Origin: Veleropilina oligotropha | Taxonomy: Eukaryota | Length of the DNA: 64,000 bases | Assembly (NCBI GenBank): GCA_048128005.1 | Contig: JBEUKZ010000125.1 | Coordinates: 434,001 to 498,000, forward strand | Direction of reading: 5' to 3' | In this document: piece by piece, positions 23,296 to 38,248 of the stretch | Layout of the letters: each line of letters begins with the position of its first letter | Position numbering within the stretch: position 1 is the stretch's first letter | Notes under the pieces: model-generated | Told to the model about the DNA's origin: nothing | Databases searched by the model: none | Seen by the model: only the letters and a program-made list of their open reading frames with translations | Position numbers and translations under genes: made by a program

Positions 23296-24932
23296 CAGTT
23301 TGAATGCAGAAGAGATATTTTAATACGCCCAAATTTATTTGAATTTGGTTAAAAATACCATGTCGTGCACTGTTTCAACAAAACTTCACACGGTAATGAT
23401 CGATTACGGGTTTTGAAACTTGGAAACAATGTAACAATGACCGCGCATGCCAGTTATGGACAACTGTGACTGTTAATTGAGTAATTGTACAAAGTGCCAA
23501 GCTGAGGGTTAATAGCAGTCTGGAAAGTCGGTGAATTTGAAGCCATGATTCTCATATCAACTCCACTACAGGGCAGACTAATAATTGTTGAGCTGATCTT
23601 TTTGCATTTACATTAAAATTTTCTGCATGATTTTAGATACATTTGTCAAATCATTTAATTGATCTAGTCGATTTTAACATGTTTTCACAAATTTGCTAGA
23701 TAGATCTACAATCTCATCATTGACAAAATGACAACCTACTAAAAAGATATATTGGGACTACTTTTAATCCACAAGACAGCACAGCTAAACCATGAACGCA
23801 GTGTTTGTGCCATCGCCTATGTCACATTTAGCACTCTTAAGGCTTTAACTTTAAGGTTATACCAGGATATTTCATATTGATTAATATTATCGCAGGAGGA
23901 AATCCCGGTCACACCGGAAAACTTGCCCGCCCCCGTTAATTCGACAACTTTTCCGAGCCGAGGTGTTGAACCCCCTCCGGCACAATCTGTACAGGAGAAT
24001 TTGGAGCTACGCTTTAACCCACTTCACCATATGGATAGAGAAAAGGAACTATGTATTACAAGCCGCGTACAATAAAATTTCAACAGCCTAGCAGTAGAGA
24101 CTTTAAATTATTGGCTAGAATATTCCATACGAATATAAGTTAGTGGCTTGAACATGTACACCATACAATCCATGGCTGACGTTTTATTATTAGGACATCT
24201 CTCAGTCTGTATTATCCGAGTTATCATCTGCTTATATTTGGTGTGGCTTCTGCGCTGGAAATATATCAAATTTACTCAAGAACAGACCTCTTTGCATAGA
24301 GGATAGGTTTTCTCTTTCAATACCATAATAACATGCATCAGACAGTTGCTTTTCCACTAAACCAATGCCACATGATCACTAGGACCAGTCTAGCTGTCTG
24401 CTCGGAATGGCTGTGTCTTAACAGAGGTTCCTCTGTATAGTAATTCATGTAATGGAGTCCATTGGATAACAGTGTGCAGATGCCAGGAAATGGGTCTTGG
24501 AATTCAGCTAAGACCGTTGTTGCAGATCAAAATGTGAAGCCATAGAATTTAGAGAAAGTGGACAGGGACAGTTATAGGAGAATGTAGCTGATATTGTTCG
24601 TAGAGCCGATGGACACTATCCTGACCATGGCACAATCAATATGCATCCTAATATATTGGAGTCATCATAACACGACTTAATACATGTATACTGTAAAACC
24701 CTATACTTTGGCGGCCTTAATATTTCGCTAATTTCAAAAATGAAACAATACAACACCTTTAAATTTAGCGAATTTTAAATGCAATGCACATTTTCAGGCA
24801 GTCCAACTAAAATTACGCGACCATTTAATTTCGGTTCTCTGAAATGCTAAGGGCGGACGTCTGACAACACACGCGAGGCGGTAGGGCAAGCTTTAATATC
24901 AAGCTAATGCTAACACTACATTAAGTCAGAAT

Positions 24933-25730
24933 GGATGGATTGATGCTTAATGTCCTGTTTATTTACAACCTGACATCAGGTTCAAGGCAGGACATATCCA
25001 TAATGATATTATGCGGGAGGAGAGCTCCGTCGCCCGGGGAAACCCGCCTTCTCTGGCCAGTTATGGACAACTGCGATTGTTAAATGAACAAAGAAGGCTG
25101 TTAGTTAGAAGCCCATTTCATTTATCGACCAATGAGAAAGCAGTATTTGTTGTCACTTATTGCCGAAGACGGTACACTGGCCGGTCTAACTGACCATCTT
25201 AGTGGAGTCGAAGTGCGCGTGCGCCTCGCTGCAGAACCGTCATTGACAAGTGAGGGACAATGAAAAAACGAAAAGTGACAGACCTGGTTACAATGAGATG
25301 GAGGACGAATGAAAAGGTCATTAACGAGCATCGCGCCACTCTTGTTACTTTGTTTTGCATAATAATCATTTGCTTGCGATAACTTACCAATTATTAGGAA
25401 TAGGGGTAACATGTAAAATTTTCTTACGTATATATTTGATATAATGATTAAAATGTAAAATATTAAATATATGAACATTATATTTCCATAATATAAACAA
25501 TTTGTCAACTTTTGTCATAAGAGTTAATGATTGTGGAAAAAGGAAATGGGCTTCTCTAAGTTGGTTAGAAGGCAAGCTGTCGAATCATATGAAATAATAG
25601 TCTCGCCGTAACGGGCTCGACTACTTATTTCATAAGATTCGACAGCTAGCCTTCTAACCCATACTTAGCGCGATCCAGCCAGTCATCTCGGAGTGGACAC
25701 TCGATACCACACGACTACCAGGGCAGCCTC
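24933..25730 (-). mobile_element. Older SINE subfamily copy, interrupted by the 25105-25668 insertion; its 5' head runs into the 41-bp array
   Basis: (ATCC)n tail and body at 24933-25104; head resumes at 25669 (CGCGATCCAGCCAGT...GAGTGGACACTC). Confidence 0.75.
25105..25668. mobile_element. Non-autonomous Crypton-like element (IR-bounded body plus long terminal palindrome)
   Basis: IR AGAAGCCCATTTC at 25107 and GAAATGGGCTTCT at 25543; palindrome 25563-25659 with CTCG..CTCG centre; TTAG direct repeat at both ends inside the host SINE. Class assignment is by architecture only. Confidence 0.6.
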
Positions 25731-28118
25731 AATTAAGGCACTCGATACCACACGACTACCAGAACGGCCTCAATTAAGGCACTCAATACCACACGACTAC
25801 CAGAACGGCCTCAATTAAGGCACTCAATACCACACGACAACCAGGGCGGCCTCAATTAAGGCACTCAATACCACACGACTACCATGGCGGCCTCAATTAA
25901 GGCACTCAATACCACACGACTACCAGGGCAGCCTCAATTAAGGCACTCGATACCACACGACTACCAGAACGGCCTCAATTAAGGCACTCGATACCACACG
26001 AGTACCAGGGCGGCCTCAATTAAGGCACTCAATACCACACGACTACCAGGGCGGCCACAATTAAGGCACTCAATACCACACGACTACCAGGGCGGCCTCA
26101 ATTAAGGCACTCGATAACACACGACTACCAGGGCGGCCTCAATTAAGGCACTCAATACCACACGACTACCAGGGCGGCCTCAATTAAGGCACTCAATACC
26201 ACACGACTACCAGGGCGGCCTCAATTAAGGCACCAATACCACACGACTACCAGGGCAGCTTCAATTAAGGCACTCAATACAACATGACTACCAGGGCGGC
26301 CTCAATTAAGGCACTCAATACAACATGACTACCAGGGCGGCCTCAATTAAGGCGCTCAATACCACACAACTACCAGGGCGGCCACAATTAAGGCACTCAA
26401 TACAACACGACTACCAGGGCGGCTTCAATTAAGGCACTCGATACCACACGACTACCAGGGCGGCCTCAATTAAGGCACTCAATACAACATGACTACCAGG
26501 GCGGCCTCAATTAAGGCACTCAATACCACACGACTACCAGGGCGGCCTCAATTAAGGCACTCAATACTACACGACTACCAGGGCGGCCTCAATTAAGGCA
26601 CCAATACCACACGACTACCAGGGCAGCTTCAATTAAGGCACTCGATACCACACGACTACCAGGGCGGCCTCAATTAAGGCGCTCAATACCACATGACTAC
26701 CAGGGCGGCTCCAATTAAGGCACTCAAAAATACCACACGACTACCAGGGCGGCCTCAATTAAGGCACTCAATACAACATGACTACCAGGGCGGCCTCATT
26801 TAAGGCGCTCAATACAACATGACTACCAGGGCGGCTTCAATTAAGGCACTCGATACCACACGACTACCAGGGCGGCCTCAATTAAGGCACTCAATACCAC
26901 ATGACTACCAGGGCGGCCTCAATTAAGGCACTCAATACAACATGACTACCAGGGCGGCCTCAATTAAGGCGCTCAATACAACATGACTACCAGGGCGGCC
27001 TCAATTAAGGCGCTCAATACCACACAACTACCAGGGCGGCCACAATTAAGGCACTCAATACAACATGACTACCAGGGCGGCCTCAATTAAGGCACTCAAT
27101 ACCACACGACTACCAGGGCGGCCTCAATTAAGGCACTCAATACAACATGACTACCAGGGCGGCCTCAATTAAGGCACTCAATACCACACGACTACCAGGG
27201 CGGCCTCAATTAAGGCACTCAATACCACACGACTACCAGGGCGGCCTCAATTAAGGCACCAATACCACACGACTACCAGGGCAGCTTCAATTAAGGCACT
27301 CGATACCACACGACTACCAGGGCGGCCTCAATTAAGGCGCTCAATACCACATGACTACCAGGGCGGCTCCAATTAAGGCACTCAAAAATACCACACGACT
27401 ACCAGGGCGGCCTCAATTAAGGCACTCAATACCACACAACTACCAGGGCGGCCACAATTAAGGCACTCAATACCACATGACTACCAGGGCGGCCTCAATT
27501 AAGGCACTCAATACAACATGACTACCAGGGCGGCCTCAATTAAGGCACTCAATACAACATGACTACCAGGGCGGCCTCAATTAAGGCGCTCAATACAACA
27601 TGACTACCAGGGCGGCCTCAATTAAGGCGCTCAATACCACACAACTACCAGGGCGGCCACAATTAAGGCACTCAATACCACATGACTACCAGGGCGGCCA
27701 CAATTAAGGCACTCAATACAACATGACTACCAGGGCGGCCTCAATTAAGGCACTCAATACAACATGACTACCAGGGCGGCCTCAATTAAGGCGCTCAATA
27801 CAACATGACTACCAGGGCGGCCTCAATTAAGGCGCTCAATACCACACAACTACCAGGGCGGCCACAATTAAGGCACTCAATACAACACGACTACCAGGGC
27901 GGCCTCAATTAAGGCACTCAATACCACACGACTACCAGGGCGGCCTCAATTAAGGCACTCAATACAACATGACTACCAGGGCGGCCTCAATTAAGGCACT
28001 CAATACAACATGACTACCAGGGCGGCCTCAATTAAGGCACTCAATACAACATGACTACCAGGGCGGCTTCAATTAAGGCACTCAATACCACATGACTACC
28101 AGGGCGGCCTCAATTAAG
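25698..28118 (-). repeat. 41-bp minisatellite, about 59-60 copies, derived from the SINE 5' end plus flank
   Basis: Unit GCACTCAATACCACACGACTACCAGGGCGGCCTCAATTAAG; period 41 (AATTAAGG at 25731, 25772...). Confidence 0.95.
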
Positions 28119-28884
28119 GAAGGTATGCTTCATCCATTGCGGTAGTATTGGTATATATATATATATTTAATATTAATAAATTACATACATACAGCATAAC
28201 AGTTGTGTTAGGAAAGGAATAATCTCACTTCTATGCATAATCATCATCCCATCAAATTATATTCAACTGCAGGTTCATCTTTTATTTCTATCAACATTAT
28301 ACTATATAATTAATAGCCATGTCAGATTATCTACCTGTTTTTAAAACCATCTTCAAATACGGTTGACCGTAACAACGGTTTCTATGAAGACAAGAGCACG
28401 AGTCGATCAAGACTACATAATCCGTTCATTTTCTTCTTGAGTGGACTAGTAGCGAGTGTCACGTCGGCAATAATAATTGTTATATAGCTGAAGCCTGCAG
28501 TTATGATCATCAGATTTAATAATCAACCGAGTTTGGAATGGTCATCCTTATAACTTGTTATTTGCATGTCCCCTAATTTATAGTTTTAACTATGACTTAC
28601 CACCAATGATGCTCTGCTCGGTTTCGACTAGGGATTCATCGATATTCTTTTCTGAAATTAAAATTAATCCTTCATTTTTTTGTTTTGAAATGGCATATTA
28701 TCGCAGAAGGAAACCCCGGTCGTGCGAGAAAACTCGCCCTCTCCGATCAGTTAAGGACAACTGTGAGGTGAAAAATGAGCTTTAATTATGATGTATTCCT
28801 GGGCATGGCAGGACTTTCTCACAGCTAAGTACTATATATAATTTTTATTGTACAATATCTACCAATCATAGGTAGATAATGTAG

Positions 28885-29570
28885 TTTATCACATGTCTTG
28901 GTCATTTTCTCATAGTGCAGCACTGTGTATTATTCGTCGTAATACACGTGTCAAAATCATATCGAAATGCGATTGGCTGTTTACAAAGAGACCTTAAAGT
29001 AACCAATGAAAACGCAAGTGACGTAACGTCATCCGAAAAATTGCCTTATATAGAAACGATTTTGGTCAAACTCAATCCAAAACGTAATCGACGATAACGT
29101 GTCGCACATAGATGTTTAGACTATCGTTGTAAATTTTAGGCATAAATAATATTCATTATTGTTTTTCATTTAGATAACATATATAAAATTTTAGCATTTT
29201 ATCTTCACATATTTGCTTTTTAACCTTTAATTATACTTCTGCAAACATGTAAACATTGTATTTCGTAGCAAATTTCACTATTTTTGTATTGCGTGAGTAT
29301 GACGTCATTCCATCTTACTTACAATGCGCCTTAGTGTCAACGTCGCTACTTTCTAATAGCGAAGTTGTGAATTGTTTTAAATTAATTTTATCATAAACAG
29401 ACATGTGATAAATAGAACTTCACATTCGTGGTGGTGTAATATCACATTTATGAAACTCGTTTAACTAATTTTCATATTTTCCTCGGCAAAGCCTCGGAAA
29501 ATATGAAAATTAGTTAAACTCGTTTCATAAATGTGATATTACACCACCACTCATGTGAGAGCCTCTATAT
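28885..29570. mobile_element. Non-autonomous Crypton-like element
   Basis: IR TTTATCACATGTCT at 28885 and AGACATGTGATAAA at 29399; palindrome of about 155 bp at 29412-29568 centred on CCTCGGCAAAGCCTCGG. Confidence 0.6.
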
Positions 29571-32210
29571 CTGATAGAGACATTCAACTTAAAATTGTTA
29601 AAATGTAGTCGTAAAACTAAACTGTAGTTACTGATCAAATCGACTAAAGATATGACTAAAATTTTTCTAAATGTTGCCGTAAAACTAAAATGATTCACAT
29701 CTGATCACATTCCATAATCCATGATACAAATTTATTGTGATATACATGGAATGAATCAAGTAGGAATTCCACATCATAGCAGAAAACTAGAATTGAAAGT
29801 CGACTCCAGGCATCCTCCCGCAATAATATAGACATGTCCTGCCTTGCATCTGATGGTTGTAAATATACAGGACATTAAGCATCGATCCATCAGACACAAA
29901 GCCAGGCATATTGAATAGGTTTTACAAGATTGTGTAGCTACTCCTGTAATGTTGGGTAGTGCATCTTATACCTAGTAGGCTACCCTACGTGACATTTGAA
30001 TGGAGGTAAGAGGTTGGACAGGTAAATTGTCAAAAAAACTTAAACCAATGCAGTATCATATTTCATGAAATTACCATTTTTGTTAATTTATCAATGCACT
30101 CAGCTAAACATTATACATGTTTGAATAGTGACTGTGAAGTACCCTTATATGAAGTGATTCCGTCACTCTGTGAGTGATAAGTCACATCATTATTCCTTTA
30201 CTATATATGTTCTCTCAGTAAAGCATATTAATTGAAACCTTTTTTTAAATAAAGTACTGGTAATGAAATGTGAAAAATGTATTATATGAAATATTGCTAC
30301 AAGAAATTTAATAGTTGAACATCAATTATTGTTCTAAAAAATTAATAAAAAATGTACAGTCTGTCCGTCATAAATAATATATAATAAAAATTATAAATAA
30401 ACAAGCTTGTTTTCTAAAAATGTCACACTTGAAAAATATGGAAGATTTTGGTGAACCAAACTAAAACATAATTAATAATATTTTATATTCTAGAAAAGAA
30501 TAAACAAAACCATAATTTAAATATTTAATTAAATATTTGCTACCAGTATTAAATTAAAAAGTAAAAATTTTTAACGGAAATAAAAGAAGTTTAAATTGTT
30601 AAACACTATCTATGTTGTTTACTGCATTATACATAACAATGTCAGTCAATAATTCAATAATCTATATTATTAATGTTAATATATTTATCCTGTCTTGTTG
30701 TACAATCTCGAATAAATCAGCAGCCATAAGCATATTACAACACAAAGGCTATATTTTATAATCAACCATCTGAAAATAGACGATTTAAATTCATTTAACA
30801 AAACAATGATGCAATTTTACAACACGTGTTGAGTTTGTTTACATCTTACAAGCACCGATGTTCGTGTAATAAGCAATAATATCGCGAGTTAAGAACGACA
30901 AAACAACTCCGAGATAAAAATGGCTGTAAACCCACTAGAAATAATAGTCAATATTGCAAAGCTACGCGATCACTGCAGTCGGCTTGGGGAAAATTGTCAG
31001 GAAATTACCTCCAATTTTTATATGTAAACAAACAATTAATGTCTTCAAAATTACACTAATTGAAAGATAAATAATCACTTATTCACCTACTGTATGAATT
31101 TTGCATAAATATGCCCGTTTTGTTGAAGATATATGCATAAGAGAGAGACGAGTAGTAACCTAGAAAATCTAAAAGGATTCGAACAAAGTAAACGACGCGA
31201 AATAGACATCGGATATTTTCTCAATGAAGACTACATCAAAACACAGGGAATCCCCGATATTGCCGGTCAAACTGACCAATACAACATATCTTGACATACC
31301 TTCGCCAATATTCTGTAAATTCCTGTTAAATTCTGACTTAAAATAGCCAAATTAAACCGCTACGTCTTTTCCTATGGAAATGGAGAAAGAGACAGGTTTT
31401 AGGGTCGAGCGCATGCAGCTAGATCCGTGACGTCATCACTCGCCGCAAACAATACAATTTTACTCGAGTTCACAGTTGTACGGCCGATGTGTCAACTGTT
31501 TTTGTACCAAAATAAACACTTTCTACAGTTTTTCATTATCTATTACCAAACACAGCCTTCGTTAACTTTACGTGTATTTTATTGTATGTCGATCTGTAAA
31601 ATGCTAGATATACAGATATTGATAAGTCCTTGTTCGTTGACAATGTTTATAAGCTATTTCTTGATGCACGTTTCAATCACATGCAAGTGCGATAGCATCT
31701 TTGGGGTATTTGCTTCTATATGAAGTATTTTTCGTGATTTAATGTATGTTTCTACCGGTTAAGATTCGCCAATGCAGCAAGTTGTATCCTGCTAGCGTTA
31801 CAGCTGTACAGAATGTGGGATTTTGAACTCGATACCAGCAGCATAGAGCATTAATAAAGATAAAATTAGGACAAGACTAGCGTCGTTCCTTTGTAACCCT
31901 GCCTTGTTTGGACGGTCTCATTTCGCCAATAGGTAAAGTCTGATCGGTGTTCATTAATAAAACTATATATTTCCTCAAGTGACAAATCAAAATTGACATA
32001 AAATATTTAACAGTAAACAGAATTATCAAAAGCATGTGGTTCGTGATTAAAATTGAACAAATACTGTAAATATTTGACATCAAATACAGACCTCAATTAC
32101 CGATGTGACAAATAATTGAACAGCCATTTTGGCGCGTGGACCGATAATAAAGGCAATCAAGAGAAGGCATTTTTTGAAAGAAATGCAACAGTTGAATTTA
32201 AATTCAATAA

Positions 32211-32594
32211 TCTTAATATAATAATAATAGTGTGTGTGTCTGTTTCAAGTTGAACTCCTCCCAGACGCTTTGACCTACGACCTTCAAACTTTGGGGGGTT
32301 AATCGGGGTCCCCCAAGGAAGGTTTACCACGAAAAAAATTCGGAAAATTCTAATTTTATGTGTGTGTGTCTGTCTGTCTGTCTGTCTGTTTCAAGTTGAA
32401 CTCCTCCCAGACGCTTTGACCTAGGACCTTCAAACTTTGGGGGGTTAATCGGGGTCCCCCAAGGAAGGTTTACCACGAAAAAAATTCGGAAAATTCGGGA
32501 AAAAAAAAAATTATTTAAGGGAGCACTATCCAAAAAAAAAAAAAAAAAAATTGGGTGGGGGGACTTACCCGGCGGAGACGGGTACCATTGCTAG
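32211..32594 (+). mobile_element. Non-autonomous Helitron
   Basis: 5' TC, 3' CTAG, inserted between A and T; subterminal hairpin TACCCG-GCGGAGA-CGGGTA; internal ~120-bp duplication. Confidence 0.75.
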
Positions 32595-32604
32595 TCCATA
32601 CAAT

Positions 32605-32980
<376 letters not shown>

Positions 32981-33194
32981 CGTTATTGGCTAAGCCATTT
33001 TATCAGTAGTTCCCGACTATTAAGTTGTTTGTAAAAATGTCAATAGACTGAAAATTCCCTAGTAATATTATAAATATATTTGACAATAAATTTTACCAAC
33101 TTACAGGGATGAAAACGCAATAATATCATGTCGCATTATTTTTGACTTTCACCAATCGCAATAATTTCATGTCGCAATAATATCATGTTTTACA

Positions 33195-33768
<574 letters not shown>

Positions 33769-35259
33769 CGCTGGAGTTGGCAATTAACTGTGCAAAACCC
33801 CTCGCCAGCATTTTGACAATGCCTACTCGATATATTTTACCAATAGCCTACTTATAAGAACCATTTTCAGCGGAGGATCCAAGATTTTTAAAGGAGGGGG
33901 GGGCGAACTTGTAGACCTACACTATTATAAACTGTTCGCGTGTGTGTTCGGGTGGGGGTGACCGTACACGTGTGACACTATCTCTATCAGTATGATAGTA
34001 CAAACGCGATATCTCTTATCACCATTACATTTTATGAAGCATTTTCACCAAACTGTATGAGTAAATTTTTCGTTTTACCACTCGCACATACGATAGGCTC
34101 ATATATAATTATGTTTGTTCGGTCGTGATCCTGATTGAGATAGTACTGGATAATTGCTATAACGTACCGGGATATCTTATAAAAGTAATGTAATCAAAGA
34201 CATGCAATTTATAATTTCAGGGGGGGGGGGGGGAAGGGCAACCACGACCACACACACTTGATCGATCAGCTATAATGTTATGTCCTATCGAAAATTCAGA
34301 TCGTAATGCAAACATGCACGGCGTTAGATGTTGTACTGCCATCATATATCATTCATACCATAAACGGTGCTGACGATGACATGCCTCTTGGTTTTTATAA
34401 CGATACACCTTCATAATAGATAGCTAGCTACACAAGCTCCATTCAAACGCCGGCGAGTGGCAGTTCGAAAGCATAGCTCATGGTCCAATGACGAAATTTG
34501 TAAATATAAAAAGCAAATTAAACAGATGGAACGACTGTACAATAAGACCAAACTTGAACATCATCAAGACGAATCTCATCGAATGATGATGACACGCCAA
34601 ATATTCGATCTTCCATACACTATCTGTTTTCTGTTGCAGTGTTGAACCCGGTATATCTCTGAAGCCGGTAGAGGAAAGTCAGAGACTGACCGCCTCGTGG
34701 GGACATTTCGTGAGTTGGTTTCCACAGAATGGGGTCTCTTGCAGTCAGTTCTGGATGTCGCACGCAGTGTCCTATCAGTTGAAGTCTTCTGTTTCTGATT
34801 TTAAGGGAGATTCGATCGAGATTTCCATAGATAAGAGTAGATCATTTCTGACCCTATCCCTCTACGTGACACTGAGGTAGGCGTACATCCGCATATTTGT
34901 GTAGCGTCCATCTATATGTGCGTCTTTTCTGCTGGAGTCAACTTCTAAGCTTGATGTGCATCTTCATATATGTTCTGTCGACAGAATATTAAAGAAGAAA
35001 GGAAAGATCTATGTGTAATGTTCTGTATATTTCCAACCATCATTTGGTTCAAAGCAGGACATGTCCATATTATCGCGGGAGGAAAGCCCGGGGAAACCAG
35101 CTCTCTCCGACCAGTTACGGACAACAGTGATTCATAACTGGAATAAATGTGTGCTGTCCCTGTCCTACTCAATAGACTGCAGCTGCTCGCGGACCGCGTC
35201 TACCTATAGTCCCAGTTCGGCTTCAGGGCAGGCAGGTCGACGACAGTCATGATCTCCCC

Positions 35260-35870
35260 CCTCCGCCAGCTCCAGGAGAAGAGTAGAGAACAAGTCCAAA
35301 CGCTCTAAATGATGTTTATCGACCGCATCAAGGCCTTCGACCTAGTCAACAGGAAAGGCCTATTTGAACTCATCGGAAAGATATAATGCCCCGCTGCTTC
35401 GCAACATGGTGATATCATTCCACACTGACATGAAGGGAACAATCCCATATGATGTATCCTCTTCGGAATCCTTCCCCATCAGCAGCGGAGTCAAGCAAGG
35501 CTGCTTGCTAGACCCGACCCTCTTCGGGATCTTCTTTTCCTTCGTCATGACATATCATGCCTGCAACTCGTCCTCTGACGTCTGGCACGACGGCGCTCGA
35601 AGACAAATGTTCGGATGGTACTCCTCAGGGATGTATGCCCGTCGATGATGATGTGGCTCTCGCGACTCACACCGCGGATGCACTCCAGAGATTGAGCGAC
35701 CGCTTTGATGACACTTTTAAGGAGTTTGGGCTCACTGTCAGCCCAAAGAAGACGAACGTCAACACACAAGATATAACCACTTCTCCCTCCATCACCATCG
35801 ACAGTGTTACCATTGAAGCCGTAGACATCTTCACCTATATACCTGGCTTGGGGATTGACGTCGGCGGGGA
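35260..35870 (+). pseudogene. Decayed RTE-like LINE reverse transcriptase fragment
   Basis: Frameshifted relics LRQLQEK, FID..KAFDLVNR, SGVKQGCLLDPTLFGIFF, DDVAL, FGLTVSPKKT. Confidence 0.8.
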
Positions 35871-36569
35871 GCACTGAAAGTCACGAGATGCTTCCGTCAA
35901 ACAGGCTCAACCAAGCAAGTCATATGTCAAACGTCTAAGTCGTATCCCCTGGTACATGTGGTGTTTTACTACGACTGAGTGACATTGACGAAACGCGGAT
36001 TTTTGTCGCCTTTTAAAATTACTGGAAACGGTCGTTAAGGGAAAGAGACCCAACAGAAAAACAAATGGTCAATATATTTTGGCCGAATGTAGTGCCCAAC
36101 AAATAACTCTATAGGATCGTAGGAATGGAATTCATTACCAACATCATGAAGAATCGCAGATCGAAATGGATTGATATTGTCATGAGAATGGAACCGTGGG
36201 GTGATTGCAGGATTGCTCTGACATGGACACCAAGGGAAACATGGCGCAGAATGTGGAGAAGATGCGAAAATCCTTCGGTTGGAGGACGTGGTAAGAGACA
36301 GCACATGAGGCATCCAGGCGAGTGGAGTGGCGAAGATGTCATATACGACAACTGACGCTCAAGAGATTTATATTCCTATATGATAGGTAACCATCGGCTG
36401 TATCTGTATGCGCTTCATCATCTTGGTACATTGTTGAAGTGATTTGAGTGATCTATTCAGTCGCTGACAGAAAATATGCATTTCCAAATCGTTGTCACGT
36501 GTATACCGAGAACCTATTTTGATTACGATGTACACTGTTTCTCTTGAAAATATTTCAAAGAGCCAATGA

Positions 36570-37760
36570 GTCTAAAGAGTCGCGAATCTGATGATGATGG
36601 TTTGTGTACAATCTTAGACAAACAAGACTTCAAACAGGAGTCGTTATCGTGTTTTGGTCTTGGCACTCAGTCTATGGATAGCGAGGAGTGAGCCGTCGTC
36701 TAAAATCTCTCCCTCAAGGTCACATAGAGCATGGTTCCGGTTCACACGAAGACCAGGTTGAAGAGGACTGGATCAAGCAAACAGCCTTGCTTCACACCGT
36801 TGGAGACTTCAAATGGCTTTGAGACGTCACCGTTGGATAGGATGAGGCCTTCCATGCCAATGCGGAATAGACAAATGAGTTTTATAAAATTTAATGGGTA
36901 GCCGAGTTTTGTCTTTCTGTTCACTGTATCAACGGCCTTCGCGATGTCGATGAAGTTCTCGTAGATCCATATTTTGCTCGATGCATTTTTCTTGAACTTG
37001 TCTCACTATAAAGACAACCTTGACGGCCTGGTCTGAAGCCGCAATGAGATTCTAAAAGGGTCTTTTCTGATATGGCGTTGGTTTAGGATGATGCGTGCCA
37101 GGATCTTGCCCTCATTGGATAACAGGGATGTACCCCGGTAGTCTGCTTTGTTGCCCTTGAATAGGGAGACAACATGCAGTGGCATCTCTGAAGTCCTGTT
37201 ACATGATATCTTCTGAATGGTCGTTTTGAAACGTTCAGCAGGAATGCCATCGAATGCCTGATGCTTTTCCAGAGCTTATCTGTTTAATGACTTTCTTGGC
37301 ATCATCTATGGTAAGCGGGATGGCAAGGTCTTCTATCAGAGGTTTCTGTTCCATGTAGGGCCACAGTGTTCAAAGTGGAAGATCTGTTGAAGAGTGTGGA
37401 AAAGTTGTTTTTCCAGAGGTCAATGATACTCTCTTTGTCATTGAGCAGTATGGTGCCGTCAGCTGCAAACAGCAGTGTTTTATTGGGTTTGTGTTTTCCA
37501 TACACAGCCTTCAATAACTTCTATTTATTTTAATCGCCGTAGTGCAGAACAAGTGCTGTTCGATCCATAATAATTTATGGTTTTTATTACATTTACAGCT
37601 GCAACATACCTTGCATACGATGTAGTTCTTTCTGGGTCTTACTCTGCATGTGCTTGAAGTGTTCTTTATTTGACTTGAAGCCGACATCATTTTGCCATTC
37701 GAAAAAGGTGCTGCGTTTTTCGTTCAAGTCCTTGTGAACTCGTTGTTTCTCTCACTATTG
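36570..37760 (-). pseudogene. Decayed RTE-like LINE ORF fragment
   Basis: Relics KAVYG, YRGTSLLSNEGKILARIILN, FIDIAKAVDTVNR, NGVKQGCLLDPVLFNL; many disruptions. Confidence 0.8.
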
Positions 37761-38009
37761 AGAGACGAGTTAGTGGTATTCGGCTTTTGCGGACGATATG
37801 AACAGACCTATCCAGCACGCCGCTCCTCCCATGGCTCTGACACACCGGACATCTAATACTAGTTTGCTATCCTTGGGCATTTGTAAATCTTGTAAAGTGA
37901 ATGTCAGATGGAACTCACTGTTTCTGAAATTTGACTGACTGGTGCATGACAGGATGGCATACTCGCATATAGTTCAAATTATACTCCATCGTATCGTCAG
38001 AGCGGAGGA

Positions 38010-38248
38010 GACCGTTCTCGATAGCTCAACTGGTTAGAGCGTCGGAAAACGTTATGCGGGACGGCAGGATGTGGGTTCAAGCCGGCTCCGGTCTGGCTTA
38101 TTCTAAGGCTTAAAACTAATAGATGGCATATCCCTAATGTATGTCGGTGAAATCAGAGTGAGACCTTAAACCGGGTGTCCCGACCACGTTAAGCCTGAAA
38201 AATTGCCAAAGGGGTCGTAAAACAAAGTTGTCAACTCAACTCAACTCC
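38010..38248 (+). mobile_element. tRNA-derived SINE with V-domain-like body
   Basis: A-box TAGCTCAACTGG, B-box GGTTCAAGCC, GAGACCTTAAACCGGG, (CAACT)n tail; related copy on the minus strand at about 46708-46930. Confidence 0.7.

Noticed and set aside
25698..28118. CRISPR-like array (also 2126-2740 and 44149-44671)
   Set aside because: Units are contiguous with no unique spacers, there are no cas genes, the context is eukaryotic, and the units derive from SINE heads.
38010..38095. Genuine tRNA gene
   Set aside because: A and B boxes are present, but I could not fold a clean cloverleaf and the sequence continues into a SINE body and tail.
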